DNA from: Dehalococcoidia bacterium
GTDB taxonomy: Bacteria; Chloroflexota; Dehalococcoidia; UBA6926
Assembly: GCA_965207115.1 (NCBI GenBank)
Contig: CBDBLR010000003.1
Span: 1,033,379-1,097,378, forward strand
DNA length: 64,000 nt
Direction: 5' to 3'
Made by a program: the position numbers and the translations under genes. Position 1 is the stretch's first letter. The number at the start of each line of letters is the position of its first letter. The notes beneath the pieces are model-generated. The model was not told the DNA's origin and ran no database searches. It worked only from the letters and a program-made list of their open reading frames with translations. Shown here one piece after another: positions 57,054-64,000 of this stretch.

Positions 57054-57314
57054 ATGCCTAACTTCCTCGCCCGCATCTATGTGACACCCAAGCCAGGTGT
57101 TGTCGACCCACAGGGGCTGTCAATCCTGGGCGGCTTGAAGAATCTCGGGTATGACTCCGTGTCCGCTGTACGGGCCGGCCGCTATCTTGAGATTCAGATT
57201 GGAGAGGCCCCATCACGAGAGGTGGCCGAGTCCAAGACGACGGACATGTGCCGCCAACTGCTTGCGAACCCCGTGATTGAAGACTACCGGTTCGAGGTGG
57301 TGGAGAACGACTAG
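57054..57314 (+). CDS. purS: phosphoribosylformylglycinamidine synthase subunit PurS
   Basis: 86 aa, ...RIYVTPKPGVVDPQG...ANPVIEDYRFEV..., a typical PurS. Confidence 0.8.
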   Translation: MPNFLARIYVTPKPGVVDPQGLSILGGLKNLGYDSVSAVRAGRYLEIQIGEAPSREVAESKTTDMCRQLLANPVIEDYRFEVVEND

Positions 57315-57317
57315 CTG

Positions 57318-57935
57318 CTAGCCCGTCAGCGTGCCCTTGGTGGAGGGCGCGACACCCGCAAACCGCTCGTCACGACGCGTCGCCGTGTCCAGCGCCTTGG
57401 CCAGCGCCTTGAACGTTGCTTCAGCGATGTGGTGGTCATTGACTCCGGCGTGCTGAACAACGTGCAAATTAATACGCCCCTCCCGCGCGATGGACTCAAG
57501 CACGTGGGCGACCAACTCGGTGCGCAGGTCACCCATCATACCCGTGCTGAATTGCAGGCCGATAGCTGCATATCCGCGCCCACCCAAATCGACCACCGCC
57601 GTTGTCAACGCATCATCCAGCGGGACTGTCTCGTGAGCCATGCGGCGAATGCCTGTGCGATCTCCCAGGGCTTCCCCGAGCGCCCGCCCGATCACGATGC
57701 CCGTATCCTCTGCTGTGTGATGACCGTCAGGGTCATTCAATCCCTCAGCCCGCACGGTAAGGTCGAAGCCGCTATGCCGACCCAGTTGATCTATCAAGTG
57801 GTTGAGCATCAGCGAGCCGGTGCTCACATCATATTGCGCGCGTCCGTCAATGTTGATTGACACGTCGACAACGGTTTCCCTTGTCTCTCGCCGGACGGTG
57901 GCCTGGCGAGGCGCAGCCGCTCCCTCCCCTGTCAC
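57318..57935 (-). CDS. hisB: imidazoleglycerol-phosphate dehydratase
   Basis: RETRETVVDVSINIDG...HHTAEDTGI...HHIAEATFKALAKAL, the IGPD motifs. Confidence 0.9.
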   Translation of the reverse strand: MTGEGAAAPRQATVRRETRETVVDVSINIDGRAQYDVSTGSLMLNHLIDQLGRHSGFDLTVRAEGLNDPDGHHTAEDTGIVIGRALGEALGDRTGIRRMAHETVPLDDALTTAVVDLGGRGYAAIGLQFSTGMMGDLRTELVAHVLESIAREGRINLHVVQHAGVNDHHIAEATFKALAKALDTATRRDERFAGVAPSTKGTLTG

Positions 57936-59053
57936 TTCTGGGCCTCCATTTCCTCGCGCAGTGCTTCGATCAGGCGCTCATGGTCTCGCGGCCGTCCCAC
58001 ACTTATACGGATACAGTCGCGGAGTTCCGGCGTGTTGAAATGTCGCAGGGCGATACCGCGACGAAGCAGAGATGCGTGCAGTTCCTTGGCGTCATGTTCC
58101 AAGAACCGCACGAGTAAGAAATTAGCTTCGGACGGAAAGACGCGGACGCTCGGCAGGGACCGTAGTCCTTCCTGCAGGACTGCACGTTCTTTCACGATGA
58201 TGTTCACCGTCGCCAATGCGTTTTCCAGGTCTTCAATAGCAGCGATGGCCGCTGCCTGCGCCAATGTGTTGACGTTGTACGGCGGCTTGACCGTCATGAG
58301 GATTGAAGCCAGATCAACGGGGAAGACGCCATAGCCAACGCGCAGGCCCGCCAGCCCAGCCCATTTGCTGAATGTTCGGAGGAAGATGAGGTTTGGATAC
58401 TCATCCACGAGGGGCATGAGTGACTTTCCGGCGAACTCGACATAGGCCTCATCAACGATGGTAAGTACTTCGGTCTCCGCTACGACTCGAATTTCCTCTT
58501 CAGTCACGCTGTTGCCGGTCGGGTTGTTTGGTGTCGAGAAAAACACAATCGACGCATTGCGCGCGGCCTCTACAAGACCGGGCAGATCAATGGAAAAATC
58601 ATCTTGACTGCGTGGCACGCCGTTAAAGCGAGCTCCTGAAAGGTCAGTCTCGACCGCGTACATTCCAAATGTGGGTGTCGCAGCGACGACGGTACCGTCA
58701 GATCCTACGAATAGCCGTGTCAACAGGGCAATGAGCTCGTCACTGCCCGACCCCGCAACGATACGCTCGGCGCCGAAACCCGTGTATTCCGCAAGGCACG
58801 CTCGCAGCGCAGCATGATCCGGATCCGGGTAGATGTTTGCGGCGTCGAACGACTCAATGAGTGCTCGAACACGAGGTGGCGGGCCGTAAGGATTCTCGTT
58901 GGCGTTCAGCTTAACGATTCCCTCTTCGCCCGCATCGCTCTCTGCTTCAAGGCGTTCCGGCGGGGCGACAGGCTCATACGGCTTCATGTTCCGAAAGCGG
59001 GGAACCAGGCGGTCAAGAAGCGGAACTGAGAGGCGAGTGCGCTGTGCTGTCAT
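57932..59053 (-). CDS. hisC: histidinol-phosphate aminotransferase
   Basis: 373 aa, class II aminotransferase with LNANENPYGPPP N-terminal motif and FSKWAGLAGLRVGY PLP-lysine region. Confidence 0.85.
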   Translation of the reverse strand: MTAQRTRLSVPLLDRLVPRFRNMKPYEPVAPPERLEAESDAGEEGIVKLNANENPYGPPPRVRALIESFDAANIYPDPDHAALRACLAEYTGFGAERIVAGSGSDELIALLTRLFVGSDGTVVAATPTFGMYAVETDLSGARFNGVPRSQDDFSIDLPGLVEAARNASIVFFSTPNNPTGNSVTEEEIRVVAETEVLTIVDEAYVEFAGKSLMPLVDEYPNLIFLRTFSKWAGLAGLRVGYGVFPVDLASILMTVKPPYNVNTLAQAAAIAAIEDLENALATVNIIVKERAVLQEGLRSLPSVRVFPSEANFLLVRFLEHDAKELHASLLRRGIALRHFNTPELRDCIRISVGRPRDHERLIEALREEMEAQK

Positions 59054-59077
59054 AGTGTCTCTATTATTGCATGCCGC

Positions 59078-59761
59078 CTATTCGTCGCCAGATACCGCGG
59101 TGATGCTGGCGGCCTCCAACGAATCTTGTTCAGGCCCGGGGACAACGGCAACTGTGACCCGGTCCCCGACCGCCAGATCAGTCAGATCGCCCGACTGTGT
59201 GACAGTGATTCGTGTACCGGCGATAGTCGATATGCGCTGCAACCCTGTGGGCGTCATCAACGTAATTGTATTGCCGTCAATCGATTCGATTGTCCCTGCC
59301 ATGCGCGTGCCGATATCTGTGTCATCCGTTCCACCAGTTCCCACCAGGAATCCCGGCCGTCCCTGTCTGAAACCCTGTCCCTGACCTGCCCGGGACTGTT
59401 GCAATTCAACGCTGATGGCCGCGATTTCCGCCTCTGAGGCCCCCTGCGCCCGCATCTGCGCCTCTATCTGACGCATCGCCTCCGGCGGTATCTCACCGCC
59501 ATTCTCGCTCGGTCCTCCGAACGTCACTATTGGCGCAGCGTCATCACCCTCTTCCCCGAGAGAGTCGTCAGCCGTCAAGGCCAGCGGAGGAACCTCTTCT
59601 ACGTCCTCCTGTTGTGATTGCCCTACCTGAATGCCTATCACGAACGCGCCACTGATGCTCAGTCCTAACACGAGCACAAGCACGGCGAGGCCCATGAATG
59701 CCCGCGCGCCCAGTCCACCGGAGCGTTCCTCTTCCATCGACTCAATCGGTTGATCGTCCAT
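59078..59761 (-). CDS. hypothetical membrane-anchored protein with acidic/Gly-rich linker and C-terminal DUF5666-like beta domain
   Basis: One N-terminal TM helix, then a low-complexity acidic region. C-terminal GTIESIDGNTITLMTPTGLQRI...RITVTQSGDLTDLAVGDRVTV. Last gene of the ABC exporter operon. Confidence 0.45.
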   Translation of the reverse strand: MDDQPIESMEEERSGGLGARAFMGLAVLVLVLGLSISGAFVIGIQVGQSQQEDVEEVPPLALTADDSLGEEGDDAAPIVTFGGPSENGGEIPPEAMRQIEAQMRAQGASEAEIAAISVELQQSRAGQGQGFRQGRPGFLVGTGGTDDTDIGTRMAGTIESIDGNTITLMTPTGLQRISTIAGTRITVTQSGDLTDLAVGDRVTVAVVPGPEQDSLEAASITAVSGDE

Positions 59762-59775
59762 CGCCGTGTCGTCTC

Positions 59776-60993
59776 CTATTCGTATCGCAGCGCCTCGATT
59801 GGGTGCAGAGCGGCGGCTCTCATGGCGGGATAGATGCCGAACACCAGCCCGATGAGCATGGAAACCCCGAGGGCGAGCGCCGTGATGTCCGTGCTGACCA
59901 CCGTTCGGATTTCTTCTTCAGCCAGCAGTGTGATGTTCATTCCCTGCGCGATGAGCATTCCCAGAAGCACGCCGATGATTCCGCCGCCCAAGCTCAGCAG
60001 GACAGCCTCCAGCACAAACTGGGAGAGAATATCCCATCGCCGCGCTCCAATTGCTTTCCGAATGCCGATTTCCCGCGTCCGCTCCGTCACGGACACGAGC
60101 ATGATGTTCATGATTCCGATTCCGCCGACGAGCAGCGAGATACTCGCGATGGAGCCCAGGAAGAGCACAAACGCCTGCGTGGTGTCCTGAAACGCCTCAA
60201 GCGCTTGCTGCTGATTCCTGACCTCGAAATCGTCTTCATCGGTGATGCGGTGTCGCAGACGGAGAATGCGACTAACTTCCCCCTCCGCCTTTTCCATTTC
60301 GTTCTCGTCCTCGACGAGCACGCTGATCGTATCGACACCCACCACTCCTTCGACGTTGCGATCCGCGCTAATACGTCTATAGGCGGTGGTGATGGGAATC
60401 AGAACGCGGTTGTCTTCAAAGCCGAACGCGTCCCCGCCCCTGCTCTCCAGCACACCGATCACGGTCATCTCTCTGCCGCTAATCTTCACTGTCTGCCCAA
60501 TAGGGTTGCGCCCCAGAAACAGGTCCACTGACGCCTGTGCCCCCAGGACAACGACATCCGATGCGCCGGAAACGTGCGGAATACCGATGAAGCTCCCGAC
60601 ATCGACCTCATAGCCCCGCACTTCCTGGTATTCAGGCGTGACGCCTGTAATCTCACCGAAAACGGTGCGCGCTCCAAACTCATCTGTCGTGTTCACGTCG
60701 CCAAACACGTTGATTTCTGGGGCAACCTGATCCACGGACGGGGCGAGGACGGGGTCGGCCAGCGCATAGGCGTCATCGAGCGTGAGCGCCCCATTTGACG
60801 GGCTGACGAAAAGGATGTTGGTGCCGAGATCCTGGATGAACGAGGTCACGGACTCCTGCACGCCGCGCCCGATGGACATGAGCGAAATCACAGCGGCCAC
60901 GCCAATGACGATGCCGAGCAGCGTCAGCAGGGTGCGGAGCTTGTTGGCGCCCACGGATTGGAGGGCGGATAGGAGCGTGCGCTGCGGACTCAC
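59776..60993 (-). CDS. ABC transporter permease, FtsX/MacB-type (large periplasmic domain + 4 TM)
   Basis: 405 aa. MacB_PCD-like N-terminal periplasmic domain. C-terminal FtsX TM bundle with ...[26 protein letters not shown].... Confidence 0.8.
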   Translation of the reverse strand: MSPQRTLLSALQSVGANKLRTLLTLLGIVIGVAAVISLMSIGRGVQESVTSFIQDLGTNILFVSPSNGALTLDDAYALADPVLAPSVDQVAPEINVFGDVNTTDEFGARTVFGEITGVTPEYQEVRGYEVDVGSFIGIPHVSGASDVVVLGAQASVDLFLGRNPIGQTVKISGREMTVIGVLESRGGDAFGFEDNRVLIPITTAYRRISADRNVEGVVGVDTISVLVEDENEMEKAEGEVSRILRLRHRITDEDDFEVRNQQQALEAFQDTTQAFVLFLGSIASISLLVGGIGIMNIMLVSVTERTREIGIRKAIGARRWDILSQFVLEAVLLSLGGGIIGVLLGMLIAQGMNITLLAEEEIRTVVSTDITALALGVSMLIGLVFGIYPAMRAAALHPIEALRYE

Positions 60994-61670
60994 TGCGCCC
61001 CGGCACTTTCATCATTCACGATCTCGCCGTCCCGCATCAGGATCGTGCGCCTGGCAAAGCGTGCAATGTCGTCCTCATGCGTGACAATGATGACCGTGAT
61101 TCCGGATGATCGATTTAGTTCCCGCAGCAGTTCGATGATCTCCAGGCTGGAGCGGGAATCCAGGTTTCCGGTTGGTTCGTCTGCAAGCAGGATGGACGGC
61201 TCGTTGACGAGCGCCCGTGCAATTGCGACGCGCTGCTGCTGCCCGCCGGACATCTCTGTTGGCCGATGTCCCGTCCTGTCGGCAAGGCCGACTCTTCCCA
61301 GAGCCTCGCGTGCCAGACGTGCGCTGCCGCCCTTTCGCGCATACAGCAGCGGCAGTTCTACGTTCGATTCCGCGGTAAGGCGCGGCAGCAGATTGTAGCT
61401 CTGAAATACAAACCCGATCTTGCGGTTGCGAATTGCCGCCAGCCGTGAATCGGACAGCCGCCCAACGTTCACGCCATCAAGCGAATACTGGCCGGACGTG
61501 GGAACGTCCAGGCAACCCACGATATTCATCATGGTGGACTTGCCGGAACCGGACGCTCCCATGATTGCGACCATCTCGCCGTCCTCAATGGCGAGGCTCA
61601 CTCCGCGCAGCGCAGCAATCTCTACCTCACCCATCCGATAGGTCTTGGTAACGTTGACCAGTTCAATCAC
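60990..61670 (-). CDS. ABC transporter ATP-binding protein (MacB/LolD-type)
   Basis: GASGSGKST Walker [16 protein letters not shown] signature, [12 protein letters not shown] Walker B. Confidence 0.9.
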   Translation of the reverse strand: MIELVNVTKTYRMGEVEIAALRGVSLAIEDGEMVAIMGASGSGKSTMMNIVGCLDVPTSGQYSLDGVNVGRLSDSRLAAIRNRKIGFVFQSYNLLPRLTAESNVELPLLYARKGGSARLAREALGRVGLADRTGHRPTEMSGGQQQRVAIARALVNEPSILLADEPTGNLDSRSSLEIIELLRELNRSSGITVIIVTHEDDIARFARRTILMRDGEIVNDESAGAQ

Positions 61671-61705
61671 ATCGCCGCTCCGGGCTATCTGCCGCTCGAA
61701 CGTCG

Positions 61706-63400
61706 CTAGTTGACTACCCGGACGGTTCGGGTAGTCTGGCGCTGGAAACCCGGCCCGCCGCCGAATCCGCCGAATTCGTCCGCCTCGGAGACGTGCATGA
61801 CCACCTCTTCGCCCTCATCGACTCCGGACTCCGCGACGACCCAGAATCCGTCGTTCCCCCCCAACACGACCGGACGGGAGGCTATCTCGCCGTCCAGCAT
61901 TACTCGAAGAAGCGGTTCCTGGAACGTGCCGTAAATCGCTCGTACGGGAACCAGTAAGACGTCGAACTCCTCCTCCACAGCCATGCGGGCATTCGCGTTC
62001 ATTCCTTCGCGGAGGTCAACGCCCGGCGGTATGTCGAGGCGTACCAACACCGTAAAGACCGCAATGCCCTGTTCAAGCTGCGCTGCGGACGAAATGGATG
62101 ATATTGAGCCGGTGAATACCTGTCCCGGCATTGCGTCCAGCGTAATCTCAGCGGGGTCTCCGTAGCTGATTCGGAGCACGTCGGTTTCGTCCACCTGCCC
62201 CCGGAGCTCCACGATGGACGTGTCAATGATTTCAACGGCGATCCGAGACTCCACACTGATTTCTTCACCCGCGACCGCATTGAGGACAGCGACAATGCCG
62301 TCGATTGGCGCGCGCACAGTCGCCTCTTCGCGCTTTCTCAGCGCGTCATCCAACGCGACCTGCGCCGTGACAAGCTCGGCCTCTTTGAGTTGATAAGCGT
62401 ATCCCTCGTCGCCCTCGCCCGCATCACGCACGTCTAGCAGCGCCTGGTCGTGCTTCTCTCTTGCCGCGTCCAGCTTGGTTTGCGCATCGCGTATTGCGGT
62501 GTCTCGGGCTGTGACCACGGTGCCGAGCGCATCGCGAGCGCCCGTCAGGCTGGCCCACGCGTCATCGAAACCCTTCTTGAGGCAGTGCCCATTGAGCGGG
62601 TGTTCCCCATTGGTTTCACACGTGGCGACAATCTGCCCGGGATAGAAATTGATGATGCCGTAGACGACGGTTTCGGACCATCTGGTGGCCGGATCGTCAA
62701 GTGGAGCGCCACTCGAAAAGACACCCTTCGCGCTATCGATTCCAACGGGCTCGATGAGCAACTCCTCCAGGTTCACCCCCCATCCCGCCAGCAGGGTCTC
62801 CGGAGACTCCACCGTTTCAGCATCGGTCAATGTAACGCCAAGCCAGGCAGAGAAGGTGTCCCGATACCTTTCTTCCTGATCATCAACGTCTTCCTGGGCT
62901 GTCTCGATTTTTTCCCGGTGTTCCTTATCAAGGTCTGCGAGGGCCCGCTCGGCGTCCGCCACGTCGTCCTCGGTGGTACCCAGATTCGACTGTGCGTCCG
63001 CAAGCAGATTCTCAAGTGCATTCTCCGCATCGCGGAGCGCAATCCGCGCCGTAGCAATTTCCATGTCATGACGGGCAACAGTAGCGTCGTCCAAGGTCAG
63101 GAGAGCCTGCCCCTCGACCACGGCCTGGCCTTCAACAACAAGAACGTCCTTCACGACGGAGCCGGCGCCAAGCCTCACCGACTCCCGTTCCGGCAAGGTT
63201 AGCGTTCCGCCAGTTTGAACCTGGTTGACCAGATCGCCGCGAGTCACCGCCACGAGCTGTTCATTCTCTGTGAGGCCGCCAGCGGCTTGATCACCCGACA
63301 ACTGCGCATTGATGATATATGCTCCGCCGCCGAAACCAACGAGCAAAACGCCGATGATTACAATGATTTGCCACAGCCGCAGACGCTTGATCGTTGCCAT
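61706..63400 (-). CDS. HlyD/MacA-family periplasmic adaptor (membrane fusion protein) with extended coiled-coil
   Basis: 564 aa. N-terminal TM anchor, long alpha-helical hairpin region, C-terminal beta-barrel/MPD domains (...[12 protein letters not shown]...[10 protein letters not shown]...). Confidence 0.75.
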   Translation of the reverse strand: MATIKRLRLWQIIVIIGVLLVGFGGGAYIINAQLSGDQAAGGLTENEQLVAVTRGDLVNQVQTGGTLTLPERESVRLGAGSVVKDVLVVEGQAVVEGQALLTLDDATVARHDMEIATARIALRDAENALENLLADAQSNLGTTEDDVADAERALADLDKEHREKIETAQEDVDDQEERYRDTFSAWLGVTLTDAETVESPETLLAGWGVNLEELLIEPVGIDSAKGVFSSGAPLDDPATRWSETVVYGIINFYPGQIVATCETNGEHPLNGHCLKKGFDDAWASLTGARDALGTVVTARDTAIRDAQTKLDAAREKHDQALLDVRDAGEGDEGYAYQLKEAELVTAQVALDDALRKREEATVRAPIDGIVAVLNAVAGEEISVESRIAVEIIDTSIVELRGQVDETDVLRISYGDPAEITLDAMPGQVFTGSISSISSAAQLEQGIAVFTVLVRLDIPPGVDLREGMNANARMAVEEEFDVLLVPVRAIYGTFQEPLLRVMLDGEIASRPVVLGGNDGFWVVAESGVDEGEEVVMHVSEADEFGGFGGGPGFQRQTTRTVRVVN

Positions 63401-63484
63401 CCGCTACACACCTCGAATGCCCCACGCTACCGACAAGACAACACACAGTTAAGTGAACGCCGCAGCGCCGTCAGCGGTTAGCAG

Positions 63485-63530
63485 AGAACAAAAAGAAAGG
63501 GGCGGGGCGTGTGCCCCGTCCCTTTCAGTA
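63485..63530. terminator. rho-independent terminator (downstream of the partial thioredoxin-like gene, upstream of the ABC operon)
   Basis: 10-bp GC stem GGGGCGGGGC-GTGT-GCCCCGTCCC (63499-63522) flanked by A-rich and T-rich tracts. On the minus strand it is followed by TTTCTTTTTGTT. Confidence 0.65.
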
Positions 63531-63549
63531 TCGAGCTAAATCAAGCGAA

Positions 63550-64000
63550 TTAGAGAGACAGTTTCTCCGCGAGCAACTCTCGCAGCTCTCTGACAGTCTC
63601 CACCTGCCACGCAGGATAGCGAGCCTGCATTCGCTCACGCACCGTGCGGCGGAATTCCTGCTCATCCTCGTCGCCAATCTCAGCCTTCACGTCTTCGGTG
63701 ATCTTGGGCATTTCGTCATTGGCGGATTCGGGACGCTCGTGCCAGTGGGCAATCTCCTCGAGATCGTCTGTAAAGAACACGGGCACAGGGATGGACATGA
63801 ACTCGCCGTTCTTGAGGTACTCATTCATGATGTCGAGGTTCTCATCTCGCGGCAATACGCTAACGTCCATGCCTGCTGCCTCGGCAATCTTTGCGAGTAC
63901 CGGCATCCCACGGAACACGTCAGGGCACCAATCCTCGCCGAGGATTAGCATCTTTGTCGCGCCGGCATCCTTTGCACGTCGGAAAAACGCTACGTCATCA
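63550..64000 (-). CDS. thioredoxin-like fold protein, 5' partial (continues past window end)
   Basis: ...GEDWCPDVFRGMPVLAKIAE...FMSIPVPVFF.... The in-frame upstream sequence has no stop to the window edge. Confidence 0.4.
   Translation of the reverse strand, partial: DDVAFFRRAKDAGATKMLILGEDWCPDVFRGMPVLAKIAEAAGMDVSVLPRDENLDIMNEYLKNGEFMSIPVPVFFTDDLEEIAHWHERPESANDEMPKITEDVKAEIGDEDEQEFRRTVRERMQARYPAWQVETVRELRELLAEKLSL

Overview
The window is high-GC (about 62%), densely coding bacterial chromosome with about 55 genes. Two membrane-protein families, Chlor_Arch_YYY-like and its usual DESLHGYYSW-type GT-C partner, point to a Chloroflexi-type genome, and there are no CRISPR arrays. Almost all of it is housekeeping: addAB, ribosomal proteins L21/L27/L31, miaB, tRNA-Ser, korAB, ftsY, hisGDCB, birA, an 11-subunit NADH dehydrogenase operon lacking nuoEFG, tatABC, purC/purS and a MacAB-like ABC exporter. 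The only mobile-element signature is a lone large serine recombinase whose N-terminal catalytic motif looks degenerate, sitting just upstream of the L21/L27/L31 genes. The most interesting non-routine structures are: (1) a co-directional four-gene membrane cluster (YYY protein, GT-C glycosyltransferase, MprF-like flippase-domain protein, FAD oxidoreductase) that looks like an undescribed envelope glycoconjugate pathway; (2) a NuoI ferredoxin subunit with a roughly 170-aa C-terminal tail made of three tandem Ala/Arg-rich repeats; (3) an in-frame RlmD-Maf fusion where CGA sits where a TGA stop would be expected; (4) a single-chain tandem duplication of a family III CoA-transferase; (5) an unannotated His/Asp-rich gene translationally coupled inside hisG-x-hisD; (6) a Moco oxidoreductase fused to a polytopic membrane domain; (7) an AT-rich island with a perfect 10-bp inverted repeat upstream of a secreted protein. 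Several ORF-track entries are antisense artefacts or over-extended starts, one of which overlaps the tRNA.
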